NCBI RefSeq assembly: GCF_001194135.2
Contig: NC_068985.1
Span: forward strand, 84,577,672-84,627,028
Origin: Octopus bimaculoides
Taxonomy: Eukaryota
DNA: 49,357 nt
Direction: 5' to 3'
The position numbers and the translations under genes were made by a program. Every line of letters begins with the position of its first letter. Position 1 is the stretch's first letter. A model generated the notes under the pieces. It did no database searches. It was given only the letters and a program-made list of their open reading frames with translations, and was not told where the DNA came from. Positions 23,388 through 34,966 of this stretch are shown here, one piece after another.

Positions 23388-23968
23388 TATATCTCATATA
23401 TAAAGGTGTGTGTGTGTTTTATATTACATGCATGTATATATAGCCATATATATAGTTTTATATACATATATTACATGTATATGTATATTACATATGTAAA
23501 GTAATAATGAACTTATTGTATAGAGTACTCAAGTGCACTACAATATATATGAGTACTCAAGTGTACTACAATATATATATATATATATATANNNNNNNNN
23601 NNNNNNNNNNNNNNNNNNNNNNNNNNNNNNNNNNNNNNNNNNNNNNNNNNNNNNNNNNNNNNNNNNNNNNNNNNNNNNNNNNNNNNNNNNNNNNNNNNNN
23701 NNNNNNNNNNNNNNNNNNNNNNNNNNNNNNNNNNNNNNNNNNNNNNNNNNNNNNNNNNNNNNNNNNNNNNNNNNNNNNNNNNNNNNNATATATATATATA
23801 TATATAAATTTATATAAATTAGGATAAGACCGATATCTAAATATCGATTTTATCAAGTGGCCAGCATGGGAATAAAAACCATCAAAGGTAACAATTATTT
23901 AAAATTAAAATTTAGGGTATCTATGGTGGTATCTCATAGATACCCTAAATTATAATTTTATATATATA

Positions 23969-24346
23969 TGGCTGCATGGTAAGTAGCTTGCTTCCCAACC
24001 ACATGGTTCTGGGTTCAGTCCCACTGTGTGGCACCTTGAGCAAATGTCTTCTACTATAGCCTCAGGCCAACCAAAGCCTTGTGAATGGATTTGGTAGACG
24101 GAAACAGAAAGAAGCCTATCGTATATATGTATATATTTATATGTTTGTGTCTCTGTTTGTCCCCCCCCCCATCATCGCTTGACAACCGATGTTGGTGTGT
24201 TTACGTTCCCGTAACTTAGTGGTTCGGCAAAAGAAACCGATAGAATAAGTACTAGGCTTACAAAGAATAAGTTCTTGGGTCAATTTGTATGACTAAAGAT
24301 AGTTCTCCACCATGGCCACAGGCACATGACTGAAACAAGTAAAAGA
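23969..24346 (+). mobile_element. Family A tRNA-derived SINE, best-preserved copy
   Basis: A-box-like TGGCTGCATGG, B-box GGTTCAGTCCC, core AAAGCCTTGTGAATGGATTTGGTAGACGGAAAC and tail GACTGAAACAAGTAAAAGA. It retains CpGs. Confidence 0.85.
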
Positions 24347-25354
24347 ATGTATGTAAGTGTCAACATATATAAACAAATATTAACAAACTATAAAACAATT
24401 TTACTCATATATATTCATATATACACTTCATATATATTCATATATACAATACCATACTGACCCACTTATATATATTTCTTTGCATGTGTGTACATGTGTA
24501 TTTGATTCAAACACACAAAACCATTCAGAAGCTATTGTATTCTATTATGGATTATGAATCTCCAAACAAAAATTTTTGTAGACATTATAAAGTGGAAAAT
24601 ATTTCATTATTTGTGTTTTGAAACCCTGGAAATTTTTCTCTTTGCTAATTGTATAAGATTTCATCATTCCATCATTTACTTTCGTTATAATCATTAATTA
24701 ATTAATTAGTAATTATAACAAATATTTACCAGCCACATTGTAGCCAGTATGGAGTTGGGTGTTTGAGTATGAAACAAAAATGTCTTACAAAATATTTCAT
24801 TGCAGACAGACAGGCTGGCCATAGATATAATGGCATGTCTTCTTCTGGATTCTTTATTATTGGCTATGAGCGGCAATATTCTGCCTGATGATTCATTGTT
24901 GATCAGTCTAAATGTTCAGCACCTCACATTTTCAATGTCGTCTTCGTATTTTTTTTTTTTTTCCATCAAATCATTTATGGTTTGTTTCTCTTTTTTACAT
25001 TATTATTATTTTTTTTTTTTTTGCTTTGTTCNNNNNNNNNNNNNNNNNNNNNNNNNNNNNNNNNNNNNNNNNNNNNNNNNNNNNNNNNNNNNNNNNNNNN
25101 NNNNNNNNNNNNNNNNNNNNNNNNNNNNNNNNNNNNNNNNNNNNNNNNNNNNNNNNNNNNNNNNNNNNNNNNNNNNNNNNNNNNNNNNNNNNNNNNNNNN
25201 NNNNNNNNNNNNNNNNNNNNNNNNNNNNNNNNNNNNNNNNNNNNNNNNNNNNNNNNNNNNNNNNNNNNNNNNNNNNNNNNNNNNNNNNNNNNNNNNNNNN
25301 NNNNNNNNNNNNNNNNNNNNNNNNNNNNNNNNNNNNNNNNNNNNNNNNNNNNNN

Positions 25355-25562
25355 GTGAGCTGGCAGAATCGTTAGCCCACCAGGTGAAATGCATAGTGGT
25401 ATTTCACCTGTCTTCACATTCTGAGTTCGAATTCTGTCGAGGTCAACTTTGCTTTTCATCTTCTTGGGGTCAATTGAATAAGTACCAGTTACACACTGGA
25501 GTTGATGAAATCAACTGAACCCCTCCCTCCAGATTTCAGACTTTGTGCCTATAGTAGAAAAG

Positions 25563-25565
<3 letters not shown>
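25355..25565 (+). mobile_element. Family B tRNA-derived SINE
   Basis: GTGAGCTGGCAGAATCGTTAGC (A-box), GAGTTCGAATTC (B-box), AAGTACCAGTT body, ending in (TAT)n. Confidence 0.8.
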
Positions 25566-25600
<35 letters not shown>

Positions 25601-26162
25601 CATTATGATGATGATTATTATTATTATATAAGACTGATTGATTGACAAATTAGAGTGTTACAAAAAAAAAAAAACTTGCAGTATTTCTTTCAACTCTACA
25701 CATTCTCATTTCAAATCCTGCAGATGTCATCATTGCCTTTTGTCCCTTCAGGGTCAGTAAAATAAAATGCATATCAAGTACTGGGTCAATTTAATTAACT
25801 AACCTCCTTCCACCAAAATTGATAATGATTGGAATCAATCATTATCAATAATGATTGGAAATAACAATTGTGCCCATGTTGGAAGCAATCATTATCCAAG
25901 GAGCTGTAGCTAAAGTTAAAAATATAATCCTAGGGATGTGCTGGTAAGTATGTTGTCATTGCTTAGTTTTGTTTAGCCCTGGGTCAGCTGTGATCAAGCA
26001 GATTTATGCTTGACAGTAATTTTTACCATGCCCCCTATCAGACCTTTTATATATAAGTGACTTAATTGATAATGTCCCTTTCTGTAATCATGATGCTAAA
26101 GTAGGATGAACACTCCCATACAAGGTATTGCACACACCTGATAAATGCATTTACACACACAG

Positions 26163-26195
<33 letters not shown>

Positions 26196-26327
26196 AGAAA
26201 TAAGTTTAAAATAACTGTCATTACATGCTTTTCTTTTTATTGGAGCAAATTGTTAGCCTGCTGTGCCAACAAAGAGCTTATAAAGTATTTTGCTTGGATT
26301 GATAATCCCTCACAATTTGTTATCATC

Positions 26328-26620
26328 ATCATCATCATCATCTAACGTCTGTTGTCCATACTGGCATGGGTTGGACGGTTTGACTGGGCTGGCACACTGG
26401 AAGGCTGCATCAGGCTCCAGTCTGATTTGGCATGGTTTGTTATGGCTGGATGCCCTTCCTAATGTCAACCACTCCAAGAATGTAACAGGTGCTCCTACAT
26501 GCCATGGTCACAGATGTCATTTGCATAACACTGGTATCTGCTGTGACTGCAATTTTGCTCGGCTTGATGGGTCTTCTCAAGCACAACATAATGCCAAAGG
26601 TCTTGATCATTGCCTCCTCA
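26328..26620 (-). mobile_element. RTE-clade LINE 3' end with last codons and 3' UTR (family C)
   Basis: The minus strand encodes GNDQDLWHYVVLEKTHQAEQN (RTE-like DR..WR..V terminal motif), followed by a UTR ending CATGCCAGTATGGACAACAGACGTTA(GAT)n. Confidence 0.6.
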
Positions 26621-26738
26621 AATTTGAGGTAGGTCCAGGATTATAGTAGAAGACTTGCCCATGGTGCCAAGCAGTAAGGATGAAGCTGAAACCACAAGCT
26701 TAGGAAGTGAATTACTCATATACATACTTATGCCTGCA

Positions 26739-26782
<44 letters not shown>

Positions 26783-26818
26783 TATACATGTGTGTGTGTG
26801 TATGTATGTTTGTAAATA

Positions 26819-26901
<83 letters not shown>

Positions 26902-26904
26902 CAT

Positions 26905-26979
26905 CATTACCATCATCATTATTTAATGTCCGCTTTCCATGCTGGCATGGGTTGAATGGTTTGACTGAGGACTGGCAAG
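26905..26979 (-). mobile_element. Short family C RTE-type tail
   Basis: CATCATTATTTAATGTCCGCTTTCCATGCTGGCATGGGTTG...GACTGGCAAG, directly abutting the CR1 fragment. Confidence 0.7.
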
Positions 26980-28400
26980 GACATCATCGATGTGGTGTAA
27001 GAGCTGTGTTAGACAGTCCCTGCCGCAGCGAAAGCCATGCTGGTTTGAATTTAGGAGTTTGTGGATCTCCAGGAAGCCAGCTATCCTTGATCTCACCACC
27101 CTTTCAAAAGCTTTAATGAAATGGGAGGTGAGTGAGATTGGGTGATAGTTGACTGCGAGGAATCTGTTTCCTTGTTTGTAAACTGAGATGACAGACTGGG
27201 ATAAGATATGTTTCGGTATATGACCTGAGTCTAAAGAACTTCTCCAGAGGTTGGTTAGAGGGACTGCAAGTTGGTGTCTACATTCCTTCAGGAGACTTGC
27301 GGGGAATCTATCAGGGCCTACAGAAGAACAGTATTTGATCTCATTTATTGCTGCTATGATGTCTGAAGCAGTAAAGGTTATGTCTGAGATTACATGTTGG
27401 GAATCAACTTTGTTCAGATCCCTTACATCCAATATCAGTGGGATCACTAAAAGCAGAGCAGTATTGTTTCTGCAGTACTTCTGCCATTTTTTTATCAGCA
27501 TGTTAGAGAATGCTATTATCATCAGTCAGTGGATCAATGGGTGAGACAATAATACTATACTTTTTGCATCTGAATAGAACACTTTAAGGTTCTGTTTGAT
27601 TTTTTGATTACCCACTGTTCCTCTGCAGCTCTTTGATTTTCAATGCAGGTTTTCATGTTGGTCTGCAGATGAAGTTTTTCCAATTCCAGCCTTTTCATTG
27701 TTGTAGAATGTGGATGTTAAATGTAGAAGTATTTTAATTGGTTGATTTCTTTATTAAGTCGATTTCTTTATTAAGATGCTCCTGATGAGTGTTTTTTTTT
27801 TCTCTCTAGGGAGCCTGTTTCTGTTTGTGCTAGTGGATTTCGTAGGAGCATGTTTTGAGCATTATATAGGTGACTATATCCTGAAAACACTGCTATGTGG
27901 TTTCAATGTCAGTGGAACTGAGAGTGCAGGACCAGTCAATAAAGGACAGATCCTTTCTGATTGTTCCCCAGTCCGCTTTGTGGAAGTTTATGTTGTCAAA
28001 TATTGCAGTGAAGTGGTATTGACTGGTTTGGTTTTGATATACTTGAAATTAAAGTTACAGAATATCATATCATGGTCCAAGAGGAGAGCCTTTTGCAACT
28101 GAAATATTGTGAATGGAGCTAGAGTGGTTTGCTAATATCGGATCCAAGATCGTTTTATTCTGTCTTGTTGGTTCAAGCACTAGCTGTGTCAGGAAAAATT
28201 CATCCATTAGATTAAAGAGTAATTCTGCTGCTGCTTTGTCTGGTGTAGGGCAGTTGCCTAACTTCAGAGTATTTGTGGGCCAATTTACATATGGGAGGTT
28301 AAAATCACCCATCACCAGTATGCTTCTGGAATTGTATTTTTGAAGGAAGGACTTGATTTTGTTGAGGCATTCTTCAAAGCATTTTAGAGGTGTTTGGGGG
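26980..28400 (-). pseudogene. CR1-clade LINE ORF2 fragment (APE endonuclease C-terminus, linker, RT N-terminal half), with frameshifts and stops
   Basis: Endonuclease: ...ILVMGDFNLPYVNW...FLTQLVLEPTRQNKTILD. Linker: NFHKADW...IDW and IKQNLKVFYS. RT: GPDRFPASLLKEC...LAVPL...NYHPISLTS...FERVV...[16 protein letters not shown]. The RT catalytic YADD motif and the 3' end are absent. Confidence 0.92.
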
Positions 28401-28525
28401 AAGAAACTGATGGAATAAGTATTAGGCTTACAAAGAATAAGTCCTGGGGTTGATTTGCTCGACTAAATGTGGTGCTCCAGCATGGCCGCAATCAAATGAC
28501 TAAAACAAGTAAAAGAATAAAAGAC
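28401..28525 (+). mobile_element. Family A SINE 3' end
   Basis: GAATAAGTATTAGGCTTACAAAGAATAAGTCCTGGGGTTGATTTGCTCGACTAAA...CCAGCATGGCCGCAATCAAATGACTAAAACAAGTAAAAGA. Confidence 0.75.
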
Positions 28526-30012
28526 TATATATATATGTATATATGATATTATTTATGTGCAGTGTTCCACTAGCACAGATGTTGATTTAATTCCATCTTC
28601 TTTCACATTTACAACCCAGACATTGGTTGGAAAGAGTTGACATGAGAAATGTAATGAAGCGATGGTGGTGGTGGTGGCGGTGCCAGTGGTAGTGGTAGGA
28701 TTGTAGTGTATCTTTAACTGGATGTGGGCAAGAAAGTGTGAGTGTTGAACGATGAGTGAGGAGGGGGTTGAACATAGCAAGAACTGTAGGGTCAGGAATT
28801 GGCATGTGCTTATGTCTATCAGGATATATCTAGGATCACCACTGGAAGAGAGAGAGAAAGAGAGTGAGAGAGAGAGAGAGAGAGATTATTAGATTGTGAG
28901 AACAGGAAGAGCAAAGGATAAAGATGAACACGGAGAACAGGAAGATGGCGAAAGAAGAAGAAGGTGGTGGGGAGGAGGATGATGATGATGATGATGATGA
29001 AAACTGAAGACAAAAGAAAAAAATGGCAATAATGGGAGAAGCAAAAGATGATGATGATCATCCTGATCATGATAAATGCAAAGAGAAAAATGGGAAACGT
29101 GGTGGGAGGAGGGGGAATAGAAATAATAATAATAATAAAAATAACAATAAGATATTTTAAGATCTAGAATGAGCACCACCACAGCATTGTGAGGTCGTTG
29201 TCAATTAAAGCCTATTGCATTTATTGCACGTCATAAAAATGTATGCCAATTGTACGATTGTTCCCCCACCGACCCTGAGATTGAAAACTGTGTTTGGGAG
29301 ACGGTTGGGAGATAAGGGTGTAGTGATGAGGTTGAATGTAGAATGTATCTCCCTAAACTTACCCAAAATGCAGCTCCTTAAATTTACCCCGAACCTAAAC
29401 ATAAGCCTAATGCTCCTTCCCTGCGCGTGTACCCTTACCGATCCCCATTGTCTGTAGATGTCTGTGTGATTGATTAGCTGGCATAAAACAGGTAACAAAA
29501 ACAACACACCTCCAACCTGTCCCACATACATAGATATATGTATGCATGTATGTGTGTATGTATAGACACACACACACACACACACACGTACATACACTCA
29601 CATGCACGCACGCATGCACATACGCGGCTGCCCAAGATGTTTTATTCTGTCTTATCTTTAATCTGTTATTTTGGGGAGAAAGTTTTGGTTTTTGCAGTTT
29701 CTGTTGCTGTTGTCATCATCATCATCATATTATTGTTCTACTTTATTGTTATTATTTTTATTACAACCATCATCATCATTTCTGTTTATTCTTGATGTTG
29801 GTGTTGGATTTTTTCTTTTTTTTTTACCTCCTTTTTTTCTATTTGCTTTTGTTATCGCTTTTACTACTGTTGTTGTTTTTTGTTACTATTGTTATTGCCA
29901 CTTATCATTGGTTTCTTGTCACTTTCATTATTGTTGTATATTGTTCTCTTCAATTTCTTTTTTTTTTTTTGTCGTCATTGTTGCCACTCTTGCAGTTATT
30001 ATTATTATTATT

Positions 30013-30220
30013 AGCTGGCAGAATCATTAGCATGCCAGGCAAAATGTTTAGCAGCATTCTGTCCATCCTTATGTTCTGAGTTCAAATTTCACTGACGTTG
30101 ACTTTTCCTTTCATCCTTTCAGGGGTCGATAAATTAGGTACCAGTTGAGTACTGGGGTCAGTGAAATTGACTAGCCCCCTCCCACCAAATTTCAGGCCTT
30201 TTGCATTTATTAGAAAGGAT
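30013..30220 (+). mobile_element. Family B SINE
   Basis: AGCTGGCAGAATCATTAGC...GAGTTCAAATTTC...GGTACCAGTTGAGTACTGGGG..., between (TAT)n arrays. Confidence 0.8.
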
Positions 30221-30254
30221 TATTATCATTATTATTGTTATTATTATTATTATT

Positions 30255-30809
30255 GAGTGAGAGAGCAGGTCATGCCATCTAAGTGACACTGGGGAAAAAT
30301 ATACGAAGCCCATTATACCTATCATGACTACCCGTCTGATAAGGGTAGACTAAGCACATGCATCACAACCATATGTGCGTGACATCATGATCTCATATCA
30401 AGATAAACAGCGCATGACCTCGCAGGTGGGGCCCAGTTAGAATTTTCTTCAGGTTGAGTAGCCCATCCCGCTCAAAAGGTGACTGAATAAGGTTTGTTTA
30501 AGGATGTTGAGCAAGACACCTATGTTTCCAAAGGTGAACTATTCAAACCCCAAAGGATTCCTCTCAACACATGGCTATGATGCTCCCCCACTACTTCTGC
30601 TCATGATCAGAGATGCACATATCGTCAGCCACTAAGGGAAATGCTCAACTGGTTAAGGTCAAACAACTGACAAGCAAATCTGTGGTATTGAGCAGAATAT
30701 TTGCTATAGCTCATCTTTTATACCAAGACAAAACAATGAACATGATAATACTTCCAATCAATTAAGATCAGAAGCCATGAGAGCCACTGCCTGGTACTGC
30801 ATCCGGGCA

Positions 30810-30821
<12 letters not shown>
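30255..30821. mobile_element. Unclassified ~565-bp interspersed repeat (family F), flanked on both sides by (TAT)n
   Basis: Homologous over more than 350 bp to 48560-48950 (e.g. CATGACTACCC, AGAATTTTCTTC, CCACTACTTCTGCTCATGATCAGAGATGC, CAAGCAAATCTGTGGTATTGAGCAGAAT). No credible ORF. Confidence 0.75.
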
Positions 30822-30848
<27 letters not shown>

Positions 30849-30929
30849 GGCAAGCAAGCTGAATTGCTAGCACACCAGGCAAAATGTTTAGCAGCATTTC
30901 GTCCATCATTGCATCACTTAACAACTGAT

Positions 30930-31085
30930 CTTGGTGTGTTGACATCCCCGTAGCTTAGTGGTCAGCAAAAGAGAGTGATAGAATAAGTACCAGGCTTACA
31001 AAAAATAAGTCCAGTGGTCAATATCTTCGGCTAAAAGGCAGTGCTCCAGCATTGCCACAGTCAAAATGACTGAAGCAATTAAGAA
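30930..31085 (+). mobile_element. Family A SINE 3' half
   Basis: GGTGTGTTGACATCCCCGTAGCTTAG...GAATAAGTACCAGGCTTAC...CAGTCAAAATGACTGAAG. Confidence 0.7.
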
Positions 31086-31299
31086 AAAAGAATACATACA
31101 TGTTTGTTTGTTTATCTGCATCATTATCTCCATATCTGCTCACCTAGATTCCTCTTATAGCCACTCTTTACCCCACAGACTCAGTCCTCAGTAAAGATTT
31201 CAGAGTGTAAGTTCAAAATAAATCTAAGAGTGCTGCTGTTTTCTATATTCAGAATCTCTGGATCTCATCTATTATTGAGTCTCTGTCTCTCCCCCTCTC

Positions 31300-31304
<5 letters not shown>

Positions 31305-31380
<76 letters not shown>
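31305..31380. repeat. (TG)n microsatellite
   Basis: About 38 perfect units. Confidence 0.95.
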
Positions 31381-31384
<4 letters not shown>

Positions 31385-31385
31385 T

Positions 31386-31416
<31 letters not shown>

Positions 31417-31418
<2 letters not shown>

Positions 31419-31751
31419 GACAATAGCAACAAAAAAGAGAAAGCTAAAACCAACAGTAAGATGGTCAAACACATTCCAACCACGACTCTCCTGTCTTAAA
31501 TTTTGTTTTTATTTTGCAGGTATTATTTCTGTATAGTCAAGAAGCTTACTTTGTAACCACAAAATTACAGATTCAGTCCCTCTGTGTGTCACTTTAGAGA
31601 AGTGCCGTTTACTATAGCTCTTGGCTGACCAATGTCATGTGAGTGAATTTTTAAAATGGAAACTGTGTGGAAACCTGTTGTGTGTGTGTGTGTATGTGTG
31701 TATACATATATATGTATGCATGTATACACATATATATGCACACACATATAC

Positions 31752-31793
<42 letters not shown>

Positions 31794-32297
31794 ACAGAGT
31801 TGGTCAGAAGTCAGCCGACAGTAAATTGAAATTCCATAAATACTATTTGTAATTCTATAGTGACTCGAATATGCCTCTCAAGAAGAACTTCAGTTTGAAC
31901 AATTTTCATGATGTTTCATATTTAGATGCTTTTATTAAATTCATTCAGTTATTAAACATAAATACATCTTGGAATTAAATGGTTTTGATTTACTATCAGG
32001 TGACTTTTGGCCAAACCTGTATACATGCATACATATATATGTATACACACACATGCACACACAACACAGTTTCCATTTAACAAATTCACTCACATGACAT
32101 TGGTCAGCCTAGAGCTATAGTAAACAGCACTTCTCTAAAGTGCCACACAGAGGGACTGAATCTGTGATTTTGTGGTTACACAGAAATAATACCTGCAAAA
32201 TAAAAACAAAAATTAAGACAGGAGAGTCATGGCTGGAATGCATTTGACCATCTTGCTGTTGGTTTTAGCTTTCTGTTTTTTTTGTTGCTATTGTCAT
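31417..32297. repeat. Local inverted duplication (arms 31417-31726 and 32020-32297)
   Basis: The arms share private variants and the junction between a SINE fragment and its flank. They differ by a 20-nt indel (31533-31552), a ~10-nt indel and scattered substitutions. Confidence 0.85.
31795..32019. mobile_element. Tc1/mariner-type MITE, copy 2 (opposite orientation to copy 1)
   Basis: TA|CAGAGTTGGTCAGAAGTCAGCCGACAGTAAAT...ATTTACTATCAGGTGACTTTTGGCCAAACCTG|TA. The interior is homologous to the reverse complement of 23171-23387. Confidence 0.8.
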
Positions 32298-33024
32298 TGT
32301 GTTTGTTGTTATTTAATCCCAGGTCAGCCTTAATTGTTCAGACTTATGACCACAGGTATTTCAGCTTTGACCCCACTCCTATCTTCGTGTATATAAGTGT
32401 CTGCATTGTCCAATGTATATCTTTGTTTTCTTCCTTGCTTTTTTTTCTTCTTCAGCGAATGAGGTGAGGGCAGATATTGTTATACTTAGCTGCTATTTCT
32501 TACAGACTGAGCAAACACATAGAATCTCTCTCATTAGCTTAAATGTAACATTATTTATTGTTTCTGTACCAAAATGATGATTCCATTTTAAGCATGGTTG
32601 TATGGGTAACAAGCTTATTTCACAACATGTTGTAAGATGTCTTTCAACATAAACTATCATACATTTAAACTGTGATACACACAGCTCTTAATTTACCATA
32701 GTCTTGGGATCTGTCTTTTTTCAGATTCCTTCTACCAAATTCATTTGTAAGGAATTGGTAGTCCCAGGGCCGTAATGAAAGTCATTTCTAAAAGGTGTAA
32801 CACAATGGGAAGGAACCCCAAACCATTTGGTTATGGAGTGGATTTCTTAACTACATAGTCATCCTTGTGTATGAGGAAATGATATGCGTTATCAATACAT
32901 AGTTATATACATGTATATGTGTGATACTTGTGTGTATATGGGTGTATATATATATATATGTATACACACACACACATACATATATGTGTATATGTGTGTG
33001 TATGTATATCTCTTTCACTCTCTC

Positions 33025-33103
<79 letters not shown>

Positions 33104-33779
33104 CTATTTAAAGAGAAAGAGAGTAAAAGAATAACAAAAATATAAATGTATATGACATTTGTATGTAAATATACATCCACATATGTGTGCATATGTGCAG
33201 GTGTATACGTGTGGACATGTACATATGCTTATACACACACACGCGCACACACACACACACACAAACACAGATTCATTCACACATCTGTGTGTATTTATAT
33301 TTATCTATGCATATATATAATTAAAATAGATGTTTTCTTTTTAATATTTCCTTATTTATCATATAAATGCAATAATGATTTGGCTTCCCAATTTATTTCC
33401 CCAATAAAACAAACTTTTACTTACAGAAATCACCTTAATCTGAAATAACAATTTTCTCTCTGTATATGAGGGTTTGTTATTTAATGAAGCTTGTTGTTGC
33501 CAATTTAATATCACTCTCAGCTTTCTTCTACGATAATTATAGGTAAACAAAATATTAAGCTTGTTAAGTATAAGTTTTAACATGTTTATCATGAATTGTA
33601 TATGCTAATAATCTCTCTTTTGCTTTCCCTGTACTCTCTCTCTCTCTCTGCATTGCACTCATATATTTTACTGCATGACTCTGTATTTGTGTGTATGTGT
33701 ATATAATTATATGTATATATAATGTAGATGTAAAGATAGTTGAATATAGTAAGCATATGTGTATGTGTGCATGTGTATG

Positions 33780-33823
<44 letters not shown>

Positions 33824-34123
33824 CATGTGTGTTTGTATGTGCATGTGTGTTACAGATATATATATATATCATATACACACACATACATTTGTATAGGCGT
33901 GTATATATATATTATACACATATGCACATACACACACACACACGATTTAAAATTCATTTATTCAGCCTTAATTTAAATATGTTATGTGTATATGCATGTT
34001 TAATTATGTGAGTGTGTGTGTTTGTGTATGCACATATAATGATATATTTCAGCTATGTTTTTATAAGTCTACATTCATACCCATATGCATTTAGCTGAAC
34101 AACCACATTCTTTCAACTCTTTC

Positions 34124-34158
<35 letters not shown>

Positions 34159-34414
34159 TTTATAGAACAAATAGAATAAATAAAACATAGAACACAGCAC
34201 AAGTATTTATATACACATGTGTATGTATGTATGTATGTATTATTTTTAATCTTGAGGGCCGAGAGTTTCATGCATGGTACTTACAAAGTATCATACAAAA
34301 AATGCTCCCGAGTTCACTTTGTAGCATCTACTGATTAAAGATAAACACACACACACTCACACACATGTGCACGCACATACACATGTATATGTATGTATAT
34401 TTATATATATATCT

Positions 34415-34510
34415 ATGATGGGTTTCTTTCAGTTTCTGTCAACCACAATCCATTCACAAGGCTTTGGTCAACCAAAGGTCTTATTAGAAGATGCTTACCC
34501 AAGGTACCAC
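34415..34510 (-). mobile_element. Family A SINE fragment, inverted and fused head-to-head with the next copy
   Basis: Approximate reverse complement of 34536-34630. Confidence 0.7.
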
Positions 34511-34862
34511 ATGGTTCTGAGTTCACTCCCACTGTGTGATACCTTGGGAAAGTGTCATCTGCTATAGCCTTGGGCCAACCAAAGCCTTGTGAGTGGATTT
34601 GCTAGATGTAAACTGAAAGAAACCCATCATATACATATGTGTTTGTGTGTTTGTGTCTGTGTTTCTCATCCACCATTGCTTGACAACCATTATTGTTGTG
34701 TTTATATTCCCATGATCTAGCAGTTCAGCAAAAGTGACCAGTAGAAAAGTACCAGGCTTAAAAAAATAAAAAGTATTGGTGTCTATGCATTTGACAAAAA
34801 ATTCTTCAAGGCATTGTCCCAGTATGGCCACAGTCTGATGACTAAAACAAGTAAAAGATAAA
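34507..34862 (+). mobile_element. Family A SINE lacking the A-box end
   Basis: CCACATGGTTCTGAGTTCACTCCC...AAAGCCTTGTGAGTGGATTTG...CAGTCTGATGACTAAAACAAGTAAAAGA. Confidence 0.75.
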
Positions 34863-34867
34863 AGATG

Positions 34868-34917
<50 letters not shown>

Positions 34918-34966
34918 TATAAAGTAAAAAGTAAAAGAGTCAAAAGGAAGAGTAAGTACAGTTGGG

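Noticed and set aside
23523-23578. 28-bp tandem duplication (also a 15-bp duplication at 27744-27775 inside the CR1)
   Set aside because: Ordinary local slippage duplications with no spacer structure, so not CRISPR-like.
23969-24040. tRNA-like A/B boxes at SINE heads
   Set aside because: No complete cloverleaf, and they are continuous with multicopy SINE bodies, so they are not called tRNA genes.
24800-24945. Complex sequence with open frames on both strands
   Set aside because: No recognisable homology and no consistent splice-site pair.
32456-32463. 8-nt microexon candidate (TTCTTCAG|CGAATGAG|GTGAGG)
   Set aside because: It lies within a degraded interspersed repeat with related copies near 19770 and 25965, so it is likely chance.
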